DNA of 38,104 bases, taken from contig JACMLD010000299.1 in the NCBI GenBank assembly GCA_014379785.1, positions 1 through 38,104 of the forward strand, in the 5' to 3' direction. This stretch comes from Chitinophagaceae bacterium. GTDB taxonomy: Bacteria; Bacteroidota; Bacteroidia; Chitinophagales; Chitinophagaceae. The notes beneath the pieces were generated by a model, which searched no databases, had not been told where the DNA came from, and saw nothing but the letters and a program-made list of their open reading frames with translations. The translations under genes were made by a program, and so were the position numbers. Below, piece by piece: positions 17,833-27,135 of the stretch. The first letter of the stretch is position 1, and every line of letters starts with the position of its first letter.

Positions 17833-19023
17833 TTATTTCAATTTCAAAAAGGCTTCCTTCATTCTGCGGTAACCTTCTTCAATTTTTTCCATGCTGTTTG
17901 CAAACGAGATCCGGATACATGTCGGTTCACCAAAGGCACGACCGGTAACAGTGGACACATTTGCCTTATTGAGCAGGTACATACAAAGATCATCGGCATC
18001 TTTGATGGTTTCCTGTCCGTCTGACTTTCCAAAGTAGGAACTCACCACAGGAAATACATAGAATGCGCCGTCTGGTTCAGAACAAACAATGCCCGGAATT
18101 TCTTTCAGCAATTCAAGGACGCGCTTTCTCCTTCTTTCAAACTCCTTTACCATTTCGGTAGTCGGGCGAAGATCAGAAAGCAAAGCTGTGATGGCCGCTC
18201 TCTGAGTCACGGCATTCGTGCCACTGGTAAACTGACCCTGCAATTTTTCACAACCCTTTACCACATCCGGATGTGCCGCAATATAGCCCAGGCGATATCC
18301 GGTCATTGCATATCCCTTGCTGAGTCCGTTTACGATCACTACACGATCTTTTAGAAAATCAAACTGAGCAATGCTTTCATTCTTCCCAACGAAATTGATG
18401 TATTCATATATCTCATCGCTCATGATAAATACATCAGGATATTTTTTGAAAACCTCCGCCAGTCCGCTGAGTTCTTCTTTGCTGTAAACCGACCCGGTCG
18501 GGTTGTTTGGAGATGAAAACATAAACAGCCTGGTCTTTGGTGTAATGGCCGCTTCAAGCTGCGCGGGCGTAATCTTGTAACCACTTTCGAGTGAAGTATG
18601 TACAAGAACCGGTATGCCTTCGCTGAGCTTTACGATTTCAGAATAAGTAACCCAGTAAGGAGTTGGAATGATTACCTCATCGTTGGTATCCACGATGGTC
18701 ATTACCAGGTTTGCAATACTCTGTTTTGCACCGGTGGAAGTGATGATGTTTTCGGGTTTGTAATCGAGGTTGCTGTCACGTTTCAGCTTGGTGCATATCG
18801 CTTCGCGCAGATCCATATAACCGGCAACAGGAGTGTAATGAGAATAATTGTCATCAACCGCTTTCTTCGCCGCTTCCTTTATATGTACCGGTGTATCAAA
18901 ATCGGGTTCCCCGAGACTGAGATCTATGATGTCAATTCCTTTGGCGCGAAGTTCTCTGCCAAGTTTGGCCATTTTAAGTGTTTCCGGTTCATTGAAGCGT
19001 TGGAGTCTTGATGATAATTGCAT
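17833..19023 (-). CDS. pyridoxal-phosphate-dependent aminotransferase, class I (aspartate aminotransferase-like)
   Basis: 396 aa. NPTGSVYS, NGLSKGYAMTGYRLGY (PLP lysine) and R near the C-terminus (GRAFG). Confidence 0.85.
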   Translation of the reverse strand: MQLSSRLQRFNEPETLKMAKLGRELRAKGIDIIDLSLGEPDFDTPVHIKEAAKKAVDDNYSHYTPVAGYMDLREAICTKLKRDSNLDYKPENIITSTGAKQSIANLVMTIVDTNDEVIIPTPYWVTYSEIVKLSEGIPVLVHTSLESGYKITPAQLEAAITPKTRLFMFSSPNNPTGSVYSKEELSGLAEVFKKYPDVFIMSDEIYEYINFVGKNESIAQFDFLKDRVVIVNGLSKGYAMTGYRLGYIAAHPDVVKGCEKLQGQFTSGTNAVTQRAAITALLSDLRPTTEMVKEFERRRKRVLELLKEIPGIVCSEPDGAFYVFPVVSSYFGKSDGQETIKDADDLCMYLLNKANVSTVTGRAFGEPTCIRISFANSMEKIEEGYRRMKEAFLKLK

Positions 19024-19054
19024 GGTTTATAGTTGCTTTCTTTTGCGAAAGACG

Positions 19055-19062
19055 CAAATGTA
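19055..19062 (-). promoter_or_regulatory. candidate -7 box TACATTTG for the aminotransferase gene
   Basis: Perfect TAnnTTTG on the minus strand, 31 nt upstream of the ATG at 19023. Confidence 0.3.
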
Positions 19063-19103
19063 AGTAAATGAGTGATTGAGCTAAGTAACAAATGTTCGTT
19101 TTA

Positions 19104-19835
19104 CTACTGACTTCTGTGAGGTATGACAGAAAGCCTGAATGTAGATCCACCCGTTCCTCCTGGCAGTCCGGAAAAAACAATGGAGTACACACCTTTTGAT
19201 TCAAAAGGAAAATCAGGTATAGAAGACAACAACTCTCCCGTGCCGGATTTCCTGATCATAACGGTGTAATTTTTTGCGACCTTATACACATTGAAAACCT
19301 CGTATGAATTAAAAGCCCGCAGCTCTATGAATTGTGAGGCGCTGTCGAGACGTATACTATCCGTTGCCGATACCACCGAGAAATCGACCCGCAATGAAGT
19401 GTCCGGAACAAAGTTGATAAACCGGATCTTTGAATTGCCGCTGTCAGGAAGCGTAAGATCATCGGTAAGAAATACAATTTTGAGTTCCGGCAATAACGGC
19501 GAACTGTCGTAAAAAAACAATGATTGACCGATACCCGGCTTCACATAAAGATTCTTCTCGAGCAATTTTGTGGTACCCTCTTTTATTGCAAACAGATTCG
19601 TACCACCCGGCAATAATTGATATGGAAACCCGGGAAGACCTGTTGTCGAACCTTGCGACAACCCATTGCCGGTAATATCCTGACCATTCCACAAAGCACT
19701 GATCGCTCCTGCAGACCAGGATGCATTGTGCACGAGAAACCTTGCGGGAGTGGTACCGCTTTTTTTGCACGATACAAGGCCTGCGAGCAACGCAATGCAA
19801 ACCATCAGTTTAAATCTACTCACCTCACTTTTCAT
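19104..19835 (-). CDS. DUF4397-like lipoprotein
   Basis: Signal peptide and lipobox LAGLVSC. Repeated beta-rich segments ARFLVHNASW... and SKIRFINFVPDTSLRVDF resemble DUF4397. Start is ATG 19835 or 19841; either overlaps the upstream gene by 11-17 nt. Confidence 0.6.
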   Translation of the reverse strand: MKSEVSRFKLMVCIALLAGLVSCKKSGTTPARFLVHNASWSAGAISALWNGQDITGNGLSQGSTTGLPGFPYQLLPGGTNLFAIKEGTTKLLEKNLYVKPGIGQSLFFYDSSPLLPELKIVFLTDDLTLPDSGNSKIRFINFVPDTSLRVDFSVVSATDSIRLDSASQFIELRAFNSYEVFNVYKVAKNYTVMIRKSGTGELLSSIPDFPFESKGVYSIVFSGLPGGTGGSTFRLSVIPHRSQ

Positions 19836-21153
19836 ATACAATCTTAAATTTTGAAAGATCCGGCTTTACCGGTCTGGATCGTTTGACTTCAAAATCATAA
19901 ACAGTTTTGCCCAATTGTTTCATGAATGGAAAACCAATTGCATCGTAATCGTATTTATCATCGTTCAGGACGCCGTCACGATTACAGTAAATCCTCGCAC
20001 TCAGCATGAATTCTATGTTGCGGTCAAGATCAACGATGTAAGCAGCGTCTGTGAGACAACCATAAGCATCGCCAATCTTATTGAAAATGCGGATATTTTT
20101 TGGAAGCTTTCCCTTTTCTGTACCATAAAGAAGAAATTTCGCATAGGCATCCCAGTTAGTGGCCGTATCGTACTCGGGAGTCCGGGTTTCTGAGGGAAAC
20201 TGTGACATGTATTTCCGCACAAAGGCATAGTCGTCGGCGGTTAATCCAAATCTTTGTTTTTCAGGTAGAGTTTCCGGAAACAATACCGATTTCAGTATGC
20301 CGGTCAGGTCATCCAGCGAGAGTTTGTTTTTCGCCGAAAAATTCAATGGCTGATTTACGAGTTCGCCATTTTTATAGTGGGCAGTTCCAATAAAGTCATT
20401 GCGGGGAGGAAAAGTTTTTTCGTTGAATTTCATCGGCTGGGTAAAAATGACATTTCCTGCGGGACCGATAAAACGAACGGGATTGGTGTGGCGGTTTTCA
20501 TCGGGTGTAAGAAAAACTTCCAGTCGATGAACTATCTCAGCACTGGTATACCCCAGCCGGGCAAGCTGACTGTTGATATATTCCTGGCCGAGAAACTCGT
20601 AGAGCCGGTTGTATGCATCATTGTCGCTCACCAAAAGAATTTTCCTGATGTATTGTGCTATTGAAGGCTTGCCGTCTGACGTGGTGGGGTCGTTATAAAC
20701 TGGTGTCTGTTTGGAATATTCCGCATCCGTCACCATGGCCGTATTTCGGTCAATACCCGGAAATTTCATTTCATTGAGCCGCTGCAGGGCAAGAAGCGCC
20801 ACCGGCAATTTCACTGTCGAAGCCGGATAAATATATTCTGATGGCTCGTAATTGAAATAAAATGGTTTAAAAACCGGGATATTGTTGGCTGTCCGGTCAA
20901 TCTGTGTGTAAATTATCTGCACCTTCCACTCTTTTCTCATCAGCCGGATGCTGTCGAAAAACGGATTGCTTTTAAGGATATCCTCCAGAAAAGGGTCGGT
21001 TTTGGGTTCCGGTGCCGGGTTTACAGGTGGTTTTTGTTCTTCCATTGGTGCGGGGACGGGTGCTTTTGGCTGGCTGGCCAGTTTTTTCTGAGGACTGCAA
21101 CCCGAACCCAGAAAAATCAGGACCGAAAAAGCGGCTGTCGAAAGCTTATTCAT
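19825..21153 (-). CDS. class A beta-lactamase-related serine hydrolase lipoprotein
   Basis: Lipobox FLGSGC followed by a Pro-rich linker. Motifs ASTVK (SxxK), VSDND (SDN) and NKIGD (KTG-like). Confidence 0.7.
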   Translation of the reverse strand: MNKLSTAAFSVLIFLGSGCSPQKKLASQPKAPVPAPMEEQKPPVNPAPEPKTDPFLEDILKSNPFFDSIRLMRKEWKVQIIYTQIDRTANNIPVFKPFYFNYEPSEYIYPASTVKLPVALLALQRLNEMKFPGIDRNTAMVTDAEYSKQTPVYNDPTTSDGKPSIAQYIRKILLVSDNDAYNRLYEFLGQEYINSQLARLGYTSAEIVHRLEVFLTPDENRHTNPVRFIGPAGNVIFTQPMKFNEKTFPPRNDFIGTAHYKNGELVNQPLNFSAKNKLSLDDLTGILKSVLFPETLPEKQRFGLTADDYAFVRKYMSQFPSETRTPEYDTATNWDAYAKFLLYGTEKGKLPKNIRIFNKIGDAYGCLTDAAYIVDLDRNIEFMLSARIYCNRDGVLNDDKYDYDAIGFPFMKQLGKTVYDFEVKRSRPVKPDLSKFKIVYEK

Positions 21154-21157
21154 CCTT

Positions 21158-21165
21158 CAAAAATA
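21158..21165 (-). promoter_or_regulatory. candidate -7 box TATTTTTG for the serine hydrolase gene
   Basis: Perfect TAnnTTTG on the minus strand, with only 4 nt between the box and the ATG at 21153. Confidence 0.35.
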
Positions 21166-21235
21166 AGCAGTTATCGCTATGCAAAAAGGCCTGTTTTTCG
21201 CTTATTTTACTCTTCCACGTTCAGTTTCAAAACCC

Positions 21236-21243
21236 TATCTTTG
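21236..21243 (+). promoter_or_regulatory. candidate -7 box TATCTTTG for secDF
   Basis: Perfect TAnnTTTG, 39 nt upstream of the ATG at 21283. Confidence 0.3.
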
Positions 21244-21282
21244 CCCCTCTTTAAAATTTTGTAAACCAAACACAGAAGTCCA

Positions 21283-24200
21283 ATGAGAATTTTGGTGGCC
21301 ATTTTTGCCGGGTTCCTGATCCTTATCTCGGCATATCAGCTTTCGTTCACCTGGTTTGTGAACAAGCATGAAAATGCAATGGCAGATAAGGCTAAGCAGT
21401 ATGTTAACAGGGCCTACCCCGCCGCAGAGGTTAAATACCCTGGAAACCAGGACATTCAAACCCTTTATCGCGACACTATCGCACAGGCAGAAAAAGAAAG
21501 ACTGCGCCGTTTGCTCGACAGCACTCGTGACAAGAGCATCACTTGGTTTGGCCACAGCTATCAGAAAGCGAAAGAAAACGAATTGCTTCTCGGTCTTGAC
21601 CTTCAGGGTGGTATCAACGTAACGCTTGACATCGAACTTACCGGCTTGATAAAAGCCCTCTCCAACAACTCTACCGACCCCAAGCTGGTTAAAGCCCTTG
21701 ACGAAGCAAAAAGAAGAAAAGTCAACAGCGATGCAGACTTCATCTCTTTGTTTATCAAATCATTTCAGGATGTAAATCCAGGTCAGAAACTTGCCGCCCT
21801 TTTCAGCAACAGCACACGCAACAAACTGAAAAGCGATGCATCTGATAATGCCACGGAAAATTATATTCGTGAGCAGGCCAATGCAGCTATGCAGCAGACT
21901 TATGGTGTACTCAGCAAGCGTATTGACAAGTTCGGCGTTTCGCAGCCAAATATGAATCTCGACGAAAACCGCGGGATCATTACGGTTGAACTTGCTGGTG
22001 CAAATGATCCTGAAAGGGTTCGTAAATATTTGCAAAGCACTGCCAACCTTCAGTTCTGGGAAGTATATAATATTTCAGAAATCGCAGGTCCTGTGCAGAA
22101 TGCCGACAAAGCACTGGAGGAATATCTCAATGGAGGCAAAAAAACGGATACGTCTGCTCCGGTTGTTGCTGCAGTCACTCCAGATACTACAGCTACAACA
22201 CCCGGCGACAGCGGACTCGGCGCAATACTGAATAAAAAAGCGGACACAGCAAAAGGCACGCTGCCAACAGCCGCTGCCGATGCAAACAAAAACAAATTAC
22301 TCGTAGCCTTCTACCCTGCTATCCAACAGGCGCAGCAGATGAAAAATCCGAATGACCGACTGCCTGACTATGTCGGCATCGTTCCAATCGGTGATACTGG
22401 CACCATCAATTCTTACCTCGCAAACCCCGTGGTTGCAAGAAACTTTCCCACAAATATCAAGTTCCTCTGGGGCAAGGAAGAAATCGACGATGCCGGTGTA
22501 AAACAAAATTACCTGCGCCTCTATGCCATCAAAACCATTCCAGGTCAGGAAAAAGCCAGGATTGAAGGTGACATGATTGTAGATGCTGAACAGAACTTCG
22601 ACCCTACAACGAGCGAAGTAATTGTTACCATGTCGATGAACAAGACTGGTGGCAAACTTTGGGCAGACATGACAGGAGCAAGCAAAGGAAAGCCGATTGC
22701 CATCGTTCTGGATGACATCGTTTACTCTGCACCATACGTTGAAAATGCAATCACCGGTGGTGAATCACGCATAACGATGGGTCGCGGCAAAAATGCAAAT
22801 TATGCTGTGCAGGAAGCACAGGATCTTGCTGCCATTCTGAAATCCGGTAAGCTGAATGCACCGGCTAAGATTGTGCAGGAACAAACAGTAGGACCAACAC
22901 TCGGTGCTGAAGCCGTAAGAGGCGGCAGCATGGCGTTTCTCATATCATTCGGTGTAATCTTCATACTCATGCTGGTATATTATAATACTGCAGGATGGGT
23001 TGCGAACATTGCATTGATTCTTAATCTCCTCTTTACGGTAGGTGTACTGAGTTCCTTCGGAGCAACACTGACCGCCGCAGGTATTGCGGGTCTTGTACTC
23101 ACAATCGGTATGGCCGTGGATACCAACGTTATCATATTTGAAAGAATAAAAGACGAGCTCACGCGTGGCAAAAGTTATCAGCAGGCAGTAAAAGACGGCT
23201 ATCGAAGATCACTGGCGCCGGTACTGGATGCGCACGTTACCACCTTCCTCACAGCTGCAATACTTTTCTATTTCGGTCTGGGTCCCGTACTCGGTTTCGC
23301 AACCACACAGATGCTCGGTATCGTGCTGTCTTTGTTCTGCGGTATCCTCGTATCCAGATTGATTACAGATTTCTGGACAAACAAAAATCGCCATTTCAAA
23401 TACTTCACTTCTGTAAGCCGCGGTGTTTTCAAACACGCTGCGTTCAAATTTATTGAATACAGAAAAGTTGCTTACGCAATTTCGGTAGTGGTACTACTGA
23501 TAGGTGTAGCTGCGTTTTTTCATGGATTTAAGTACGGCGTGGAATTCAAAGGCGGAAGAAGCTTTATCGTAAACTTCCACAAGCCTGTAAATATCGAGGA
23601 CATCCGCAAAGACCTCCAGGGGGTATTTGTAGAGACACCGGTGATCAAGACTTACGGCAGCAACAGCAAGCTGGATATCACAACAGATTATAAAGTTGCT
23701 GAGCAAAACGCTGATGAAGACGTTCGTAAAACGCTTTTTACCGGTCTCAAAAAATACCTGCCCGCAAATCTTGGATTCGCAGAGTTTTCTACCATCAACT
23801 ATGTTGAGGGTTCAAAAAAAGTTGACCCAACAATTTCTGATGACCTTAAAAAAGGTGCACAATGGGCAACCTTCTGGTCGCTGCTGATCATCTGCGTTTA
23901 TATCTTTATCCGCTTCCGCGACTGGAGATATTCCCTCGGAACGATCGTGGCCCTTCTGCATGATATACTTGTAACCGTTGCCGTTTTCTCCTTTTTCAAA
24001 GACATCGTTCCATTCCCGCTTGAAATTGATCAGCACTTTATCGCTGCGATTCTGACCGTAATTGGTTTCTCGATGAATGATACGGTTATTGTATTTGACA
24101 GGGTACGCGAGTACAGTCACACGATGAAAGGAGAAAGCAAAAAGGTTGTCATCAACAAAGCCATCAATGATACGTTAAGTCGGACGCTGATGACTTCTTT

Positions 24201-24426
24201 GACAGTGTTCCTTACTTTGCTCATCCTCTTCCTGGTAGGTGGTGAAGTGACCAAAGGTTTTGCATTTGCAATGCTTATCGGTGTTGTCACCGGTACTTAT
24301 TCTTCTATTTTCGTAGCTGCGCCGATTCTTATCGACTTTGCCAAGGACAAACCACTTGGCGAGGCAGGTGCTCCCGCTAAAGAAGAAAAACCAAAGCTGA
24401 TAAAGCCAACAACGCTGGCGAAATAG
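21283..24426 (+). CDS. secDF: protein translocase subunit SecDF (fused SecD-SecF)
   Basis: 1047 aa. SecD motifs LGLDLQGG and TVGPTLG. Two 6-TM RND-like bundles, the second with SecF motifs (EFKGG, INDTLSRT). Confidence 0.93.
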   Translation: MRILVAIFAGFLILISAYQLSFTWFVNKHENAMADKAKQYVNRAYPAAEVKYPGNQDIQTLYRDTIAQAEKERLRRLLDSTRDKSITWFGHSYQKAKENELLLGLDLQGGINVTLDIELTGLIKALSNNSTDPKLVKALDEAKRRKVNSDADFISLFIKSFQDVNPGQKLAALFSNSTRNKLKSDASDNATENYIREQANAAMQQTYGVLSKRIDKFGVSQPNMNLDENRGIITVELAGANDPERVRKYLQSTANLQFWEVYNISEIAGPVQNADKALEEYLNGGKKTDTSAPVVAAVTPDTTATTPGDSGLGAILNKKADTAKGTLPTAAADANKNKLLVAFYPAIQQAQQMKNPNDRLPDYVGIVPIGDTGTINSYLANPVVARNFPTNIKFLWGKEEIDDAGVKQNYLRLYAIKTIPGQEKARIEGDMIVDAEQNFDPTTSEVIVTMSMNKTGGKLWADMTGASKGKPIAIVLDDIVYSAPYVENAITGGESRITMGRGKNANYAVQEAQDLAAILKSGKLNAPAKIVQEQTVGPTLGAEAVRGGSMAFLISFGVIFILMLVYYNTAGWVANIALILNLLFTVGVLSSFGATLTAAGIAGLVLTIGMAVDTNVIIFERIKDELTRGKSYQQAVKDGYRRSLAPVLDAHVTTFLTAAILFYFGLGPVLGFATTQMLGIVLSLFCGILVSRLITDFWTNKNRHFKYFTSVSRGVFKHAAFKFIEYRKVAYAISVVVLLIGVAAFFHGFKYGVEFKGGRSFIVNFHKPVNIEDIRKDLQGVFVETPVIKTYGSNSKLDITTDYKVAEQNADEDVRKTLFTGLKKYLPANLGFAEFSTINYVEGSKKVDPTISDDLKKGAQWATFWSLLIICVYIFIRFRDWRYSLGTIVALLHDILVTVAVFSFFKDIVPFPLEIDQHFIAAILTVIGFSMNDTVIVFDRVREYSHTMKGESKKVVINKAINDTLSRTLMTSLTVFLTLLILFLVGGEVTKGFAFAMLIGVVTGTYSSIFVAAPILIDFAKDKPLGEAGAPAKEEKPKLIKPTTLAK

Positions 24427-24452
24427 TAAAAAGTTTTCTTGAGAATATTGGA

Positions 24453-24483
24453 CCTCCCCGATTCATCGGGGAGGTTTTTTTTT
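24453..24483 (+). terminator. rho-independent terminator of secDF
   Basis: CCTCCCCGA-TTCA-TCGGGGAGG forms a perfect 9-bp stem, followed by a run of 9 T. Confidence 0.85.
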
Positions 24484-24515
24484 GACTTCAAAGACCTATT
24501 TTTACCCGAATCACC

Positions 24516-24984
24516 ATGCTGCTTACTCCGGAAAATATTCTGCTCATTGGTTAGCTTCTGCTCATTGCGAGTCTCATTACCAGCAAAACGGCAAATCAGC
24601 TTGGAATACCGGTTTTACTGCTTTTCTTGCTGACAGGCATGCTCGCCGGCTCTGAAGGCATCGTTGGAATCTATTCTGACAGTCCAAAAATCTCCCACAT
24701 ACCCGGCGTGAAGGCCAGATAAGACCTACGCTTGAACTGGAAAGCGGCATCAATGATCCAATCGCTTATGTGCTCACCATCAGTCTTACTTACCTGATAA
24801 CAAACGAAGACGCGAGTTACTGACCTTCCCCAAATCAACTTATATTGTGTTGCTCCGCCGCGACGGGAAATATATCCAGCCGAGCGGATCCACCAATTTA
24901 GAAGAAAATGATACACTCATGATCCTCGCCGACAACAAGGAATTACGCGTGGAAATCGAGAGAATGCCTGGTTTACAAATATGA
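24516..24984 (+). pseudogene. decayed K+/H+ antiporter (CvrA/NhaP2, CPA1 family) remnant
   Basis: Three collinear fragments lie in three different frames. Fragment 1: MLLTPENILLIG*LLLIASLITSKTANQLGIPVLLLFLLTGMLAGSEGIVGIYSDSPKI, with an in-frame TAG at 24552. Fragment 2: TLELESGINDPIAYVLTISLTYLI (24728-24799, stop at 24821). Fragment 3: a TrkA-C tail, YIVLLRRDGKYIQPSGSTNLEENDTLMILADNKELRVEIE (24841-24984). About 150 of an expected ~490 codons remain. Confidence 0.75.
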
Positions 24985-25022
24985 CCCAACCTTCCCTATA
25001 TTCGCTTTACAAATAATAGTTT

Positions 25023-25544
25023 ATGGATACGTCGACAATGGTTTATATAGCCGTCGGGCTGATTGTTCTCATAGGAGGTCTTTACTATCTTTTTTATCTC
25101 AAAGACAAAAAATCACTGGGGAGCACAGCCGGTCCGAAAACAGTGGCTACCTCACCGTCTGGCAGCCTTCAGTTGCAAGCCTATGAAAGACTTGTGATAC
25201 TAGCAGAAAGGATCTCTATTCCTTCGCTGGTATCAAGAAGCAATCAGCCTGGTCTCGGAAAGTCAGAGATGCAGCAGTTGCTTACACAAACGATACGACA
25301 GGAATTTGATCACAATCTTTCGCAGCAGATCTACGTGAGCTCCGAAGCCTGGGAAGCAGTAAGAAATCTGAAAGAGCAAAATATTCATCTTATCAACCAG
25401 ATTGCCGGTGTATTGCCCTCAGAGGCAAGCGGGACGGACCTGAATCGCAGCATTCTGGATTTTGTAGTGCAGCAGCCAAACGGATCGATGCATGCACTCG
25501 TGCAGGAAGCACTGAGCTTTGAGGCGAAGAAAATAATGAAATGA
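25023..25544 (+). CDS. hypothetical membrane-anchored protein
   Basis: 173 aa with one N-terminal TM helix ([20 protein letters not shown]). No motif recognised. Sits 10 nt upstream of the mutase gene. Confidence 0.55.
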   Translation: MDTSTMVYIAVGLIVLIGGLYYLFYLKDKKSLGSTAGPKTVATSPSGSLQLQAYERLVILAERISIPSLVSRSNQPGLGKSEMQQLLTQTIRQEFDHNLSQQIYVSSEAWEAVRNLKEQNIHLINQIAGVLPSEASGTDLNRSILDFVVQQPNGSMHALVQEALSFEAKKIMK

Positions 25545-25554
25545 GGGTTTTATT

Positions 25555-27120
25555 ATGAGTGAAAAGCAACGTTACACCGACTCGGGCATAGAACTCAAAC
25601 AGCTGTACACAGCCGCTGACTACCGGTCAGGCGCAGACGAAGAAATGCCGGGAAGTTTTCCTTTCACCCGCGGCGTACAGCCAGACATGTATCTTGGCAA
25701 GTTGTGGACGATGCGTCAATATGCCGGTTTCTCCACTGCAGAAGAAAGCAACAAACGCTACCATTATCTGCTGTCGCAGGGTGTAATGGGACTGAGCGTG
25801 GCTTTCGACCTTCCCACACAAATTGGTTATGACAGTGATCACGAACTTTCTGAAGGTGAAGTGGGCAAGGTAGGTGTGGCTATTAACAGCATTGAAGACA
25901 TGGAGACGTTGTTTAAAGACATTAAGCTCCAGGACATCAGTACGTCAATGACCATTAACGCAACGGGGTTTATACTGCTTGCGTTTTATGTTGCCATAGC
26001 TAAGAGACAAGGCGCCGATTTAAAAAAACTAACTGGTACCATTCAAAACGATATTCTGAAGGAATATGCGGCACGCGGGACATATATCTATCCGCCACGG
26101 CCTTCCATGCGCATCATTACGGATATTTTTGAATGGTGTGCAGTGGAAACTCCCAAATGGAATACCATTTCGATCAGCGGGTATCATATACGTGAAGCCG
26201 GGAGCACAGCGGTCCAGGAAATCGCTTTCACCTTGAGCAATGGAAAAGCCTATGTTGAGGCGGCAATAAAGAAAGGACTCGACATCAATGTTTTTGGAAA
26301 ACGCCTGTCATTTTTCTTCAACGCGCACAATAACCTTTTTGAAGAAATTGCGAAGTTTCGCGCGGCAAGAAGAATGTGGGCAAAAATGATGAAGGATCTG
26401 GGCGCCACCGATCCAAAAGCCATGATGCTGAGATTTCATACACAGACAGGCGGCAGCACACTTACGGCGCAGCAGCCACTCAACAATATTTCAAGAGTCA
26501 CCGTGCAAACGCTGGCCGCAGTGTTGGGTGGCACACAGTCATTGCATACAAATGGATACGACGAGGCACTCAGTCTGCCTACCGAAGAAGCCGCAAGGAT
26601 TGCGCTTCGCACACAACAAATCATTGCGTTCGAAAGCGGCGCGGCAGATACGGTAGACCCATTGGCAGGCTCCTATTTTGTCGAAACACTTACAAACGAT
26701 GTAGAAGAAAAGGCCTGGGAGCTGGTGAAAAAAATTGATGCACTGGGCGGCAGTGTCAGTGCAATAGAGCAGGGATTTATCCAGGATGAAATTGCAAAAA
26801 GCGCATACGATTATCAGCGCAGGATTGAAACCACTGAAAAGATCATAGTGGGTGTCAACAAATTTCAGTCAGCGGAACCCGCGACCGGTCCACTTTTCAG
26901 GGTGGATGATGCCATCAGGCAGGTGCAGATTGACAAATTAAGAGCGTTGCGAAGCCGCCGTGATCATGGCATGTGCGACCGGATCCTGCAGGACCTGAAC
27001 GACAAGGCAAGCAGTGATGACAACATCATGCCTGTTGTGCTGGAAGCGGTGGAGAACAGGTGTACACTCGGAGAGATCGCAGACACGCTGCGGGAAGTTT
27101 TCGGAGAATACAAGGCATGA
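25555..27120 (+). CDS. methylmalonyl-CoA mutase, catalytic (N-terminal TIM-barrel) subunit without a B12-binding domain
   Basis: [52 protein letters not shown] and [12 protein letters not shown]. The Tyr (DMY) and Arg (AARG) residues are those I recall as typical of methylmalonyl- rather than isobutyryl-CoA mutases. At 521 aa it lacks the C-terminal cobalamin domain. Confidence 0.88.
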   Translation: MSEKQRYTDSGIELKQLYTAADYRSGADEEMPGSFPFTRGVQPDMYLGKLWTMRQYAGFSTAEESNKRYHYLLSQGVMGLSVAFDLPTQIGYDSDHELSEGEVGKVGVAINSIEDMETLFKDIKLQDISTSMTINATGFILLAFYVAIAKRQGADLKKLTGTIQNDILKEYAARGTYIYPPRPSMRIITDIFEWCAVETPKWNTISISGYHIREAGSTAVQEIAFTLSNGKAYVEAAIKKGLDINVFGKRLSFFFNAHNNLFEEIAKFRAARRMWAKMMKDLGATDPKAMMLRFHTQTGGSTLTAQQPLNNISRVTVQTLAAVLGGTQSLHTNGYDEALSLPTEEAARIALRTQQIIAFESGAADTVDPLAGSYFVETLTNDVEEKAWELVKKIDALGGSVSAIEQGFIQDEIAKSAYDYQRRIETTEKIIVGVNKFQSAEPATGPLFRVDDAIRQVQIDKLRALRSRRDHGMCDRILQDLNDKASSDDNIMPVVLEAVENRCTLGEIADTLREVFGEYKA

Positions 27121-27135
27121 CGTGGAAAGTGAAAC

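Noticed and set aside
19041-19058. A hairpin, TTTGCG-AAGA-CGCAAA, after the DUF4397 gene, as a possible terminator.
   Set aside because: The stem is only 6 bp, with no T-tract on the transcribed strand. It overlaps the candidate aminotransferase promoter box, so its role is ambiguous.
24439-24916. ORFs 24439-24633 (+) and 24671-24916 (-) in the gap after secDF.
   Set aside because: The region is better explained as the decayed antiporter. The plus-strand ORF is out of frame with the antiporter remnant, and the minus-strand ORF is antisense to it.
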